A DNA stretch of 64,000 nucleotides, taken from Octopus sinensis (Eukaryota). The stretch lies in assembly GCF_006345805.1 (NCBI RefSeq), contig NC_043002.1, positions 56,172,001-56,236,000 of the forward strand, given 5' to 3'. Each line of letters begins with the position of its first letter. Positions within the stretch are counted from its first letter, which is position 1. The notes beneath the pieces were generated by a model. The model searched no databases, was not told the origin of the DNA, and saw only the letters and a list, made by a program, of their open reading frames with translations. Positions 40,481-52,389 of this stretch are shown here, piece after piece. Position numbers and translations under genes: made by a program.

Positions 40481-40507
40481 AGAGTATTATTATTATTATT
40501 ATTATTA

Positions 40508-40549
<42 letters not shown>

Positions 40550-41352
40550 CAAACACCATTTTCTAAAAATATTCAGCTTTTAAAAGGTCTCAGGATTGGT
40601 ATTTCACTGAAATCCAGTAGATTAATTTGCAAATGATGTGTTAAGAGTCTGGTATTTCTACTATTACTGGCATTTGATCTCTGATATTTTATACAACAAC
40701 AACAACAACACCACTACCATCAATCATGACATCACAAACCACACTGCATGGACTCTATGCAATCAGCATCTAACAGTTTGATAATGTAACCAGTAATGAT
40801 TTGAGAGGGTTTTTACCATGTGATTTAACAGGGAAACTCTCACTAACTCTATAAAATAATATGGAATTACAGAAAATGCAATTCTCCAGTATAAGTGGTT
40901 GCTACTCTTGTATGTGTGTGTGTGTGTGTGTGTGGAGCAGGGAATTGTCTAATAGAACACATCATTGTCATCATTATCATCAGTGCTTAACGTCCATTTT
41001 TCTATGCTTGCATGAGTTAGGAGGGAGTGTTGAGGCAAATTTTCTACAGTTGGATGCCCTTCCTGTCACCAACCCCCATCTGTTTCCAGCCAAAGGGAAT
41101 ATTTCCCTTTGGCTTGACTTGTTTTTTGTGGAAGACTGGAAACAAACAACACCACTTGTATGAAGGTGATGCTTGTTTACAATTATTATGTGATATCAAA
41201 AAAAATGTACACACACATACACACACACACACACATCTGGCTGCACCAGGCACATACACACAGATATCTGGCTGCACCAGGCTCCAATCTGATCTGGCAG
41301 AGTTTCTACAGCTGGATGCCCTTCCTAATGCCAATCACTCTGAGAGTGCAGT

Positions 41353-41617
41353 GGGTGCTTTTTATGTGCCACCAGCACGGGAGCCAGTCAGGGGGTACTG
41401 GCATCAGCCACGTTCAGATGGTGCTTTTTATGTGCCACTGGCACAGGAGCCAGTCAGGGGGTACTGGCATCAGCTACATTCAGATGGTGCTTTTTATGTG
41501 CCACCGGTGCAGGGGCCAGTCAGGGGATACTGGCATCAGCCACATTCGGATGGTGCTTTTTATGTGACACCGGTGCAGGGACCAGTCAGGGGGCACTGGC
41601 ATCAGCTACGTTCAGAT
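41353..41617 (-). repeat. Four 66-bp tandem units inside an RTE 3'-end repeat
   Basis: ggtgctttttatgtg recurs with T-runs starting at 41359, 41425, 41491 and 41557. Confidence 0.9.
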
Positions 41618-41855
41618 TGTGTGGACTGCTATAGCTATTCACCAGCTTAAAAGAATTCTGTTATATTTTTATAATTAAATATTATTAGAAATTGTATTTA
41701 AAAAATGTCGAAACATCTCATGTAGAAATATAAACAAAATATTGCATATAAATTTTCAACAGCAAAATCTTATGTAGTTCCCTAACGGTCATGTGGACCT
41801 TAGCTAAGAACCACTGCCCTGATTAGTTTTATATAACCTATTTCACAGTTTACAA

Positions 41856-41933
<78 letters not shown>

Positions 41934-42958
41934 AATACTTTCTAACTACAATTAACTTTTACCCAATCCAATGCAATGTGTCCTAGTTTTTTTTTTTCTT
42001 TCCACTACTAGAACTGTGCACCAAGAGTATTTTAAGTGATCTAAAATAATTGAGACATGAGAAGGCTTGGGAAAAAAAAAAGAAAAAAGAAAAAAAACAG
42101 CTTAACTGTAACAGGAAATTGTGAATCAACTACAACAGGAAATTGTCACATGATTCTTTAAACTAGTTATCGCACCCTCAGAAACACAAGGCAACGTAAC
42201 AATGGAAATTCAATGATTGGGTGGTGTGGATATAAATACATATATGTAAATGTGTGTGTGCGTGCATGCATGTGTGTGTGTGCATGCATGTGTGTGTGTG
42301 TGTGCATGCATGTGTGTGTGTGTGTGTGCGTGTGTGAGAGACAGGGAGAGAATAGTTATGTTAACTTCATTATTAATGTCAAGTTGTTATTTAAAAATAC
42401 TCAAGAACAGAAACTTACTGAGGATATATATATATATATAAGGAGAGAGAGAGGGAGAGATCATGTAGTTAGGGAAACAGACAGACAAATAAATATATAG
42501 ATAAATATTTAAATATCTTAAACTTCTCAATCATATAGCCATGCCCATTATACATGTATATATATATTGCCTTACTGTCACTTGTGCCGGTGGCATGGGA
42601 AAAACAACATTCGAGTGTGATCGTTGCCAATGCTGCCAGACTGGCTCCTGTGCTGGTAGCAGGTAAAAAACACCTTTCGAGCATGGTCGTTGCCAGAACT
42701 GCACCTGACTGGCCTCGTGCCGGTGGCATGTAAAAAGCACCCACTACACTCTCGGAGTGGTTGGTGTTAGGAATGGCATCCAGCTGTAGAAACTTTGTCA
42801 GATCAGATTGGAGCCTGGTGCAGCCTCCTGGCTCACCAGTCCTCAGTCAAACAGTCCAACCCATGCCAGCATAGAAAACGGACATTAAATGATGATGATG
42901 ATGATGATATGTATGTATATGTGTATGCGTGTGTATGTATGTATGTATGTATGTATAC

Positions 42959-43009
<51 letters not shown>

Positions 43010-43054
43010 CATATATATATATATATATATAGATATATATATATATATATATAG

Positions 43055-43091
<37 letters not shown>

Positions 43092-43129
43092 TAAACACAC
43101 ATGAACATATAATGATATGTAAAGATAAG

Positions 43130-44900
43130 ATCCAAGGATCCAGGTGTCGGAAATTAGTAAGCTTCAAGCAGTCCATAACAGGTATTAAAAAAAGCAACTT
43201 TCAGGAACAATAGTAGTTTATTGGTGCAGAAGGTATTATAGGTATTATAGGTATTATTAGTTGTAGTTGTTATAATATAGTTAGTATTGTTAGTATCAGT
43301 GTGTCTATTAGTGTTAGTGTCAGTTTCAGCTGCGCACCCATTACCCTCCGAGGTGGGGACTATATTATGTATGTTTAGGCTGTTTAAAGTGGTAGGGCCA
43401 GGGATATTACATATGTTATTGTGATCAGTGTTAGTGTTTTCATTGTGTAGGTTTATGGTAGGGTTGTATGTATTTAGATATTAAGGGCTAAGTTTACGTT
43501 TGTTAGATGAGGTGATAATAGATTCTATATTTGGTGTAGATGAATAGAAATGACAGCAATAATAACAGCGATATCATGATCAATTCACCTAATACTATCC
43601 TAGCCACTACCTATTTCTTTATTACCCACTAGGGGCTAAACACAGAGGGGACAAACAAGGACAGACATAGGTATTAAGTCGATTACATCGACCCCAGTGC
43701 GTAACTGGTACTTAATTTATCGACCCCGAAAGGATGAAAGGCAAAGTCGACCTCGGCGGAATTTGAACTCACAACGTAACGCAGACGAAATACCGCTAAG
43801 CATTTCGCCCGGCGTACTAACGTTTCTGCCAGCTCGCCGCCTTCCTAGCCACTACCAGCACTACCTCATCTCAGTCTCACCAATTAACCATTGTAGAACT
43901 GATAGCTGCAACTTCAGATCTGGGACAGACTGCCCAATGCAGAAGATTCAACATCATATACCAATGCACCATTCACAACATAGTAAATAACTCCTATAGC
44001 TACTACATTGGATCTACGACAAATTTTAAACTAAGATATTATGCACATTCAAATTCATTTAAATATAAAGAGAAGAGCAATTCCACATCACTAGCCAGCC
44101 ACATACACTATCTAATTAGTAGAAAAATACAATATAAACTTTCCTGGGCTATAATAGAGTCGGGTATCCCATATCAGAGCCAACACTCCATTTGTGGACT
44201 GCTGAAAAGAAACCCTCAAAATTTTAACCCATAACTTACCACAATTGCTTAATAAACACAATGAAGCCTTCACTACGTGTAATCATAAATTTTTTCATAA
44301 ATCTAAATGCAAGCTCATTCCCATGAGTGACACCTACATACAAACCTCCATGATCATTAACACATACCCCTCTATATCTCTTCTATCTACCTTACCTCAT
44401 CACTTTATGAGATAAATATTAAACCTTAACCCAATAAATCCCCTAATATTAAATTCTAACTCTCAAACATTCAACTAGTTCCTCCATTCCTGACTACCTA
44501 CACACCCATAACTCCATTGCTAAAAATAACTCTACAGCCACTGACCTTAGTATTTACTACTAGATTTCCTCCCCAACCCCTACAGACTACAAGAATACCA
44601 CTAACCCCAACTACTCTCTTTAAATTCCTTTCATTTTGCTCTTTTTTGTTTATCTTATTACCTTATCCTTCTCTACCCCCTCATCCTCTCTCTTATCTTC
44701 TCAGCTAACCTTGTACACCATATTCTTAGACACTATATGCTTATATACCTTACTTTATCCTTAACACCAATCCTTAACTTCTCCCCTCACTCTATCTAAC
44801 TCTTTTTCTATTTATTTACTTTTCTTTCCTTTCACCACTTAACAGCCACCTCCACTACCATTCTGTTATTGAATGATATGTTCACATCTATTTTTCTGGA
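43130..44900 (+). mobile_element. Degenerate Penelope-like (Neptune-type) element with inverted 5' part
   Basis: The + strand from 43950 reads NIIYQCTI...YYIGSTTNFKLRYYAHSNSFKYKEKSNSTSLASHIH...W...PY...C, preceded by SCNFRSGTDCP. The minus strand at ~43490-43549 reads SYSSTPNIESIITSSNKRKL. Outer boundaries are approximate. Confidence 0.65.
43612..43842 (-). mobile_element. SINE family B, young CpG-rich copy with 14-bp TSD
   Basis: TSD TCCTAGCCACTACC at 43598-43611 and 43843-43856. Confidence 0.92.
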
Positions 44901-45089
44901 TGTTTACAATATCAGGACTTTAACCCACGTGGACTTACTTAGGATTGCACTTAAGGACTTATGGACTTATATCTACATCGGAAAGTTGAACTGTGAACTT
45001 TTAATGTGGGTGGGGTAGGGTGGGGGCAGAATCATAAGCACCCCCCAAGAAACTCTGACCACACTTGAGTGCTTGCTTTTTTGATTTTT

Positions 45090-45870
45090 ATGGAAGGCTC
45101 AGGTTCCACTGGTCAGAAAATCCATCCGCTGTCAACACCAACTCCCTGGTGGTCTAGGGATGTTGTCCTTGATGATGCATTACCATGCATTGAGGCTGTC
45201 ACACTTGCAGAAATATCTAAATCATTGCAATGGTGTGAGCAACAGTGACCAAAAAGAAAAGGGCAAACCAGTGTGGGCATCCTTCATGTCACAAATCTTT
45301 CTGCAGCTTGTCTCACTGACTGAACTGCAATCATGGGTAAAACATAGACCAAGATCAAGCATTTGGTGTCTAGAGTGTTGCCAGGTGCTCACTGCATTGG
45401 ACCAGCTGGACAAAACCATTAGCAGGGAAACGACTCAAAATTTCTTGAGAGGGCTAGTTGAAGGTATGAGTCTGTCACAATCCTATATTGTGGCCTAGGA
45501 TTGACTCTCAGCATTGACAATCCAAGTGGTCTCTTCTGGAAGACTTTCAGGTCAAAGTCCAAAAGTCTTTGGCATGGCAGTGCTACAGCAATGGGGAAGC
45601 ATTATCTGTTCAAGACAAGCTCTTCAAGCATGGAAGTGCCAACAGCTGAATCTGCAGAAGATGCATGCAAGGGGATGAAACCATCCTGCATGCAATTGTT
45701 CAGTGCCCTTGCACTAGACTTGTAAGTTTGTGTGGAGCAGCTGCTGTCTCGTGTAAAACAAATACAGCTGTCTGTTGAGTGTATAGCAATGAGTGATGCA
45801 CCACCTTCCTTTAGCAGAGAAGGGAGGCAGATCTTTCTCTGCTTAGTGGCTATGGGGTGGCCAAGCTCTC
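45090..45870 (+). mobile_element. Degenerate L1/Tx1-like LINE 3' fragment
   Basis: CRRCMQGDETILHAIVQC (CX2CX8HX4C) at 45653-45706. Homologous to 18060-19150. Confidence 0.6.
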
Positions 45871-46089
45871 TTCAACTTCAACATACTTTGCCATATTACA
45901 TATGTCATAAGTTGAAATCTCATAGGTATCAAATTTATCTTTCCTTCTTCTCTGATCGATCAAATATCAATTTATTACGGAGGTGGATTAAATCAACAAC
46001 ATCCCCTCTTCCAAAATTTGTGATTCTGTAAGTAAATTAAAAATTACTTATCAATATACCTTACTTTATCCTTAACACCAATCCTTATC

Positions 46090-46990
46090 GATTGCTAATA
46101 TCATAAACTAAGGGATTTGTATCCGCTTACACCATAATTCTAGCAATGATGAAAACTAATTATTTTCCGTCCTTCCGTTAAATTTTATACGAGAAGATCG
46201 AAAGTTTTCTTTCTATTAATTCTCTCGTTTTAGCAAATTAAATCTATTTCCTTCTCGCTTCCATCCAGGTCTGCTCGGAAGATTATTTAAGAGGGATAAC
46301 TACAATATTGTCACCGTATGTCATGGCTTCTTGCGGTGAAGGTTTGTAGTCCAATTGTTTTCTCAGCGTGGTAAAAAGAAGAAACAAATGAAAAGAAAAC
46401 TATTTTACCATTTACAACTTATAATAATTCTTGAAGTGTTAGAATAGTTATCTCTACCTCATTGGGAAGAGAAACGGTACAGCAGTAGCTGCTGTTTTTT
46501 CTTTCATTATTCAGTATTCTTGCTTCATACAACGGAAAATACGATTCCGAAAGAATTTTTCTCCCCAAAATTTCCAATCGGTACCTTTTTTCTCGCCAAT
46601 TTCTTATCTTTTCTTCTTTCCCCATAAAGTTGTGAAAGCTATTAAAAAAGAAAACCCAAAAAAACTCCGTTTAATTTGTTATCATTTTATTTCTCAGTTA
46701 ATATATAGTATTGTAAGCGATTTGTTCATTCAAACTCGTTAAAGTAGACTATATATTTTAATATCGAATTCAATAGATTCCGAGGAAATTAGTGAAGCTT
46801 TCCGTTGATAAATAATTGCAAACAGACACTATTTGTTGGCTTACCATAATTTTCAGAGTTAAAACCGGCACCAGGAGTGTGGAAGCCGGCACTACTGACA
46901 TTTTTCGTTTTAAAACTTTAAAACTTTTTTCTTCGCTTTTTCCATACTTTCGTCGTTTTTCTTCGAGTTTTCTCAATAAGGCCTTTACAC
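46090..46990. promoter_or_regulatory. Putative ZNF277 promoter / first-exon region, possibly bidirectional
   Basis: About 900 bp free of recognisable repeats and visibly richer in CpG than the surrounding unique DNA. It surrounds the probable ZNF277 start codon. Confidence 0.45.
46323..46341 (+). CDS. ZNF277: ZNF277 orthologue, probable first coding exon (MASCGE+G, phase 1)
   Basis: ATG GCT TCT TGC GGT GAA G|GTTTGT lies in a CpG-enriched region. The phase-1 donor joins the next exon in frame (G+AG=Glu). It is the best upstream ATG exon I found but too short to confirm by homology. Confidence 0.55.
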
Positions 46991-47987
46991 AGTAAAACCT
47001 TTCACAGTTTTTTCCTTCTTCTGTGTTTGTATTTAGGTTTTACATTGTGACATTGACCTTTTCCGTGGCCAGAATCTCTTTGTTGAAAAGGCAAGGCTGA
47101 GCTGTCTATTCTGGTGTTCTTCACTCACTATTCCTGGAAGGGTTAAGGAAGTAGAATCTTCAACCACCTCCTCCTCTGTAGCGTCTTATCAAAAGCAACT
47201 GTCATTATACTTTTCCTGTTAGATTTCCAAATGTGACCATCTGAGGCAATATATTCCCATTTGGTGTACATAAAAGTAATATTTCAAACCAACAAAAATG
47301 TGAAGAATATCTATTTTAAATGCTTGTAGTATTGACAAAATTTGGTATTACCATGTTGTTAATTTTTTTTTTATGTATTCCACTCAAAGTCACAAAATTC
47401 CTTTAGCTGTGTTACATGAACTGTGTATAAGTTAAAAAATTGAAAATTTTCATAATTATTGAGCTTTGGTATTAATAGGTAATACTTTGACAACAGTTTG
47501 GAGATATTTGGGCACAATGTGTGCACCACAGCCAATGCAGACACAATCCATTTCCAAGTTTGGTTTTTAATTGGATCCCACAGGGGTCATCAAGTAACTT
47601 GCAAGACAAAGGTCCCTTGTCTGGAAGAGGGAGTGATGAGGGAGGTGGATTTGTGCCTGTTGAGAGTTTAAATTATAATAGAGGGATAGAGATAGGTGTC
47701 TTACTGTAGAGGAGATACTTGGCTACCCTAGTAGGAAAAGAAAGGAGAGAGAAGAGGTAGTTAGAAAGAAATATATAAAGAAATAAATGGTGGCAGAGAT
47801 GTACCAGGGACATACCCACAAGGTACAGTGGGGAGGGTGAATATAAATAATAGAGAGGAATGTTTCATAAGAGGGTGATGGGATGTGTTTAGAGATTGGG
47901 GGGAGGAAGGCATAATACTAATAATAATAATGTCTGTTGTGTCGGTTATGATAATCATTAACAGAATTGTTTCTTTGTTCTCCCTAG

Positions 47988-48252
47988 AGATTGGTGAGCT
48001 ACCAGTTCTTGAAACATTGTGTTTAACCCTTCCTGATAGTAATGCTGTTGATGACACAGATGACAACAAGCAAGACACGTTGTCAGTAGAGGATGAAGCC
48101 AGTCAGTCACAGACATCAGAGGATCTTTGTTCTTGTATTTTCTGTACTTACACTGTCAACATTTCACAAGACAAGGACTCGTTACTTCGACACTTGATCA
48201 TCTCTCACAAACTTGTCGTTGCAGATGTTAAATTAATTGCCAACTTAAAAAA
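47988..48252 (+). CDS. ZNF277: ZNF277 orthologue, coding exon 2 (first C2H2-like finger)
   Basis: Acceptor tttgttctccctag| and donor AA|GTAAGT. Encodes ...SCIFCTYTVNISQDKDSLLRHLIISHKLVVADVKLIANLK, matching human ZNF277 PCIFC...QDKLLKHMIIEHKIVIADVKLVADF as recalled. Confidence 0.9.
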
Positions 48253-49539
48253 GTAAGTTTCTTTTCTCTTTCTTCTCTTCAAAATTCCTCATTAGAGATG
48301 GCAAAAAGGAGGAAGAAGGGTGGAGTGGCAGAACTGGCAGAGCAAGACACAAAAAACCATTTTGCAGTATTTTGTTATATCCTCTTACAATTTGAGTTCA
48401 GATTTCATTGGGATCAACCTTGCATCTTAGGAGAGTACACCATTATCTACTTGAGAGTACTACGTATATGTGTGTGTTAATAACACTCAGAAGGAGGTGC
48501 TTTTTTCACTCACCAAAGTGAATTAGCTCCTGTGCAGGTGGCACATAAAAAGTACCATTTGAGCGTGGCCATTGCCAGTACCACCTGACTGGAAAGCAGA
48601 CATTAAACGATGATGATGATGATATAACCATTTGATGTTTCCTTTCCTTATTGGTATGAGTTGGATGGTTTGACAGGAAGCTAAATCAGATGACTGTGCT
48701 GCTAGCTGCTTTAACATGCTTTCTAGGAGTCTAGGACATTTACCCCCTGAGGACAACAGATGATGATTTAAAACTTAATATATTGGAGAGGGGTTAATTG
48801 TCCTGATAGGCTTTCTAGAGCTGGGTGCCCTTCCTAATGCCAACCCCTTTACAGAATGGTGTACTAGGGGCTTTTTATGTGGCACCAGCACAAACAAGGT
48901 CACCAAGTAACTTGACTGAGTAGTGGGAACAGTATTGAGAGGGATTGCTTTGTACCAGGTTAAGAGAGATTAAGGTATAATAGGGGGTCAGAAATAGGTG
49001 CCTTGCTTTAGAGGAAATACCTGGCCACCTCCACTGAAAAGAGAGAGAGCTGTGACGGGGGTATGCTCAAGTTACAGAGATAAGGATGTATAGAAGTGGA
49101 ACCAAGGGTTGAATAGGGTGGAGTGGGTGGGTAAGTTCACAAGATTTCAAGGGGAGGTGGGGAGGTTGGAGGATATGTTGTTGGGGAAGAGATTCAATAG
49201 AATTGTATGGCATGCAGGTGGGTGATTAGAAGGGAGAGGGATATGGCAAGTGATGAACACCAATGGGAAGGGGGGTTAGGAAGGTGGAATGTGGGAAAGG
49301 GGTTAGTCGGGGATTGATTGTGTGTAGGAACCTGGACGTAAAGAAAATGTCTTTATGGCTGTGGTTTTATTTCGATAGATGGGTTTTTTTCAAGCACAGC
49401 AAATCGCTAATCATGTTCATCTTTTGTTGTCATCTCTGCCAGGCTCAACATTCGAAGATCATTTTTCTCCAGTTTGTACCATGTCTTCCCTTGCAGACTC
49501 GCACGCACAGACACATAAATACAGTGATATGCACGTACA

Positions 49540-52355
49540 CATGTACCAGACATATTCATATGCAGTTTATGCAACAAAATACATTTGTTCAACGCCTACG
49601 TCAGAAGTGTTGACCCTGACTTCATCACTGTCACGGAAACATGGGCGCATTCCTTACTCTGTGATGGGGTTTTCAACATTACGGGGTACAACCTCTTCCG
49701 TAAGGACCGCACTAACCGCCGTGGTGGTGGTGTGATGGTCTACATTCGTTCAAATTTTTTGGTAATTCCTTGTGCCGATTTGAACGAATCACAAGAAGAA
49801 GTTTTTTTCTGTGACGTGCGTATGACCATGTCAACACTCCTGCTTGGCGTTGTTTATCGTCCCCCAAGTTACCATCGGGACACACAGCTTTGCAATGTCC
49901 TCCGAGCTGCTGCCAGGAAAACAGCCACTTATGTGTTTATTGCAGGCGATTTCAATCATCCTGAGATCGATTGGGAGACCTTCCATTGGCCACAGAGTGC
50001 AAACGATTTTGTTGAGCTTGTGCTGGACTCAAACTGGTCACAAGTAGTCACCTCTCCAACAAGAGGCGACAACACCTTGGACCTGCTCTTCACCACAACT
50101 CCTGAAGCGGTTATCAATTGCACTACGGAGGAACCTCTAGGTGACTGATCATGCTATGATCATCGCCAATCTGGCTCTTGCGGGCAACAAAAACCTGAAC
50201 CATCTCCAATCTGCTTCCTTCGATTGGAAGAGAGCAGATTGGAACCTGTACCACACTGAACTACAGCACCCAAACTGGCGTGAATTCTACAACTCTGGAG
50301 ATGTGAATACTATACTCCAGAGTATCCTGGACTCAATATGGGCAGCATGTGCAGCATCAGTGCCACGTAAACAAAAAAAGAAGAACCGCCCCAAAAGGGC
50401 AATTTGGGAAACTTCAGCGGTCCGACTTGCCAGGAGGGAACGTCAGACTGCTGAACGGGAATACAGGTTGCATAAATCAGACACCAACAGGAAGAAGCGG
50501 AATAAATCCTCCAACCATCTCAAGCAAGTGACAAAAAAAGCAGTGCTTGAATTTGAACAGTGCATAGCAGCCAATCCTGACAGCAAGGTTTTCTGGAAAT
50601 ATGTGCACTCAAAGCAGAGACCTCACTCTCCAGTGGGCCCTCTTCGCAACCCTCACACAAACCAGATCACTGACGACCCCAAGGAATGCGCAGAACTCAT
50701 TGCCGAGTGCTATGCAAACATATTCACTGTTGAAAGTCAAAATGTACCATCTTCACCATCACTAACAGCAAACTCCATAACAACTATGGAATTTACACCT
50801 GCAATGCTGCGACGTCACCTTCAAAATAAGCGCAACTATGCCTCCCCTGGTCTCGATGGAGTTACATACCTGCTTCTCAAACGTGGCAGGCACTTCCTTT
50901 TACACCAGCTTTCTATTTTCTTCCAGTACTGTCTCAACAATGGTGCTACTCCGGAGCAGTGGAAAACTGCCAGTGTCATTCCTCTGTTCAAAAAGGGCGA
51001 CCGCACATCACCTGTCAACTATCGCCCAGTCAGTCTCACTAGCTGTATTGCAAAACTGATGGAATCGTGTGTCAGAGAAACACTCTGGAACTTCTGGAGC
51101 TCTCACAGTCTCATCCGACCCTCACAATATGGATTTGTCCCTAACTCCAGCTGCAGTGACCAGCTTGTCGAGTTCCTTGAGGACATTACTCAGATTACTG
51201 ACAGTGGCTCATGGGTGGATGTTGTCTACCTTGACTTTGCTAAGGCTTTCAACTCTGTGCCACACAAAAGGCTTATGGTGAAACTCTCTGCAATGGGTGT
51301 GGGGGATGACCTTTTTAACTGGTTGAAATCTTTCATCCTCAGCCGAAAGGAGGTAGTCACAGTTCTAGGACAGCACTCTACACCATATGAGATGTCATCG
51401 GGTGTACCACAGGGATCTGTCCTTGGCCCCCTCTTGTTTGTGGCATACATTAACGACATAGATGCCAATTTAAAGAATGCCACAGTATTGAAATATGCAG
51501 ACAACATCAAGCTGTACCTTGAAATCAAGAGGACAGATCCTGATGTCTACAACTCTTTCCTGCAATCAGACCTAGACACAATGCAGCAATGGATCACAGA
51601 CTGGCAACTGAAACTGGCTGTGGACAAGTGTACCACCATGCATTTTGGGAGAAAAAACCCTGCGTTCACATACTCCCTCCACAACACTAATATCAAGAAA
51701 TCCTCTTGCGAGCGTGACCTAGGCATCACTGTCAGCAGTGATCTGCGTTGGTCAAAGCATATCTCTAAGATTGTCAGGAAGGCCGAGGGTGTCTTGGCAT
51801 CACTCAGCAGGTCTTTTGTTAGCCGCTCTCCAGCCATCTATTTAAAACTGTATACAGCTATGGTACGACCACACTTGGAATTCGCATCATCAGTTTGGAA
51901 TCCCTATCTTGCTCAGAACATTGACCTCCTGGAATCTGTCCAGAGACGTGCAACCAAACGCATACCCTCCATCAGACACCTACCATATTCTGAGCGCCTT
52001 GTTTCCCTGGGCATGGATTCACTGAAGCTCCGGCGTTTGGCGACGGACTTGGTAAACACCCACAAAGTTATCAACCACCTCACCAACAACAACACTGAAC
52101 ACCTTTTTGATCTCCATGTGTCTAACACACGTGGACATGCCTACAAAGTCAGAAAACAATACAGCTCCCATGACTTTCGGAAACATTTTTTCACGCTCAG
52201 AGTTGCTGAAGCATGGAATAAACTGCCTGCGTCAGTTGTTGACTGCCATGACACTGCATCCTTTAAGGCCCTCATGCTTTCCGAAATCCGCCGAAACTTC
52301 ACCTGATTATATATACACTTTAGATGAGTTGTAGTGCACCTGAGCACTGTACACA

Positions 52356-52387
<32 letters not shown>
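49540..52387 (+). mobile_element. Nearly intact CR1-clade LINE ORF2 (APE plus RT) in ZNF277 intron 2, sense orientation, (ATT)n tail
   Basis: ORF 49585-50148 has VTETW, RKDR, GGGV, VYRPP, GDFN and LDL. ORF 50141-52306 has SDH remnant, NYRPVSLTS, YLDFAKAF, GVPQGSVLGPLLF, YADN and RDLG. One frameshift near 50145. Confidence 0.93.

Positions 52388-52389
<2 letters not shown>

Noticed and set aside
41353-41617. CRISPR-like regularly spaced repeats (also 59150-59400 and 61698-61872)
   Set aside because: The whole units repeat with no unique spacers, there are no cas genes, the context is eukaryotic, and the units derive from the RTE 3' UTR.
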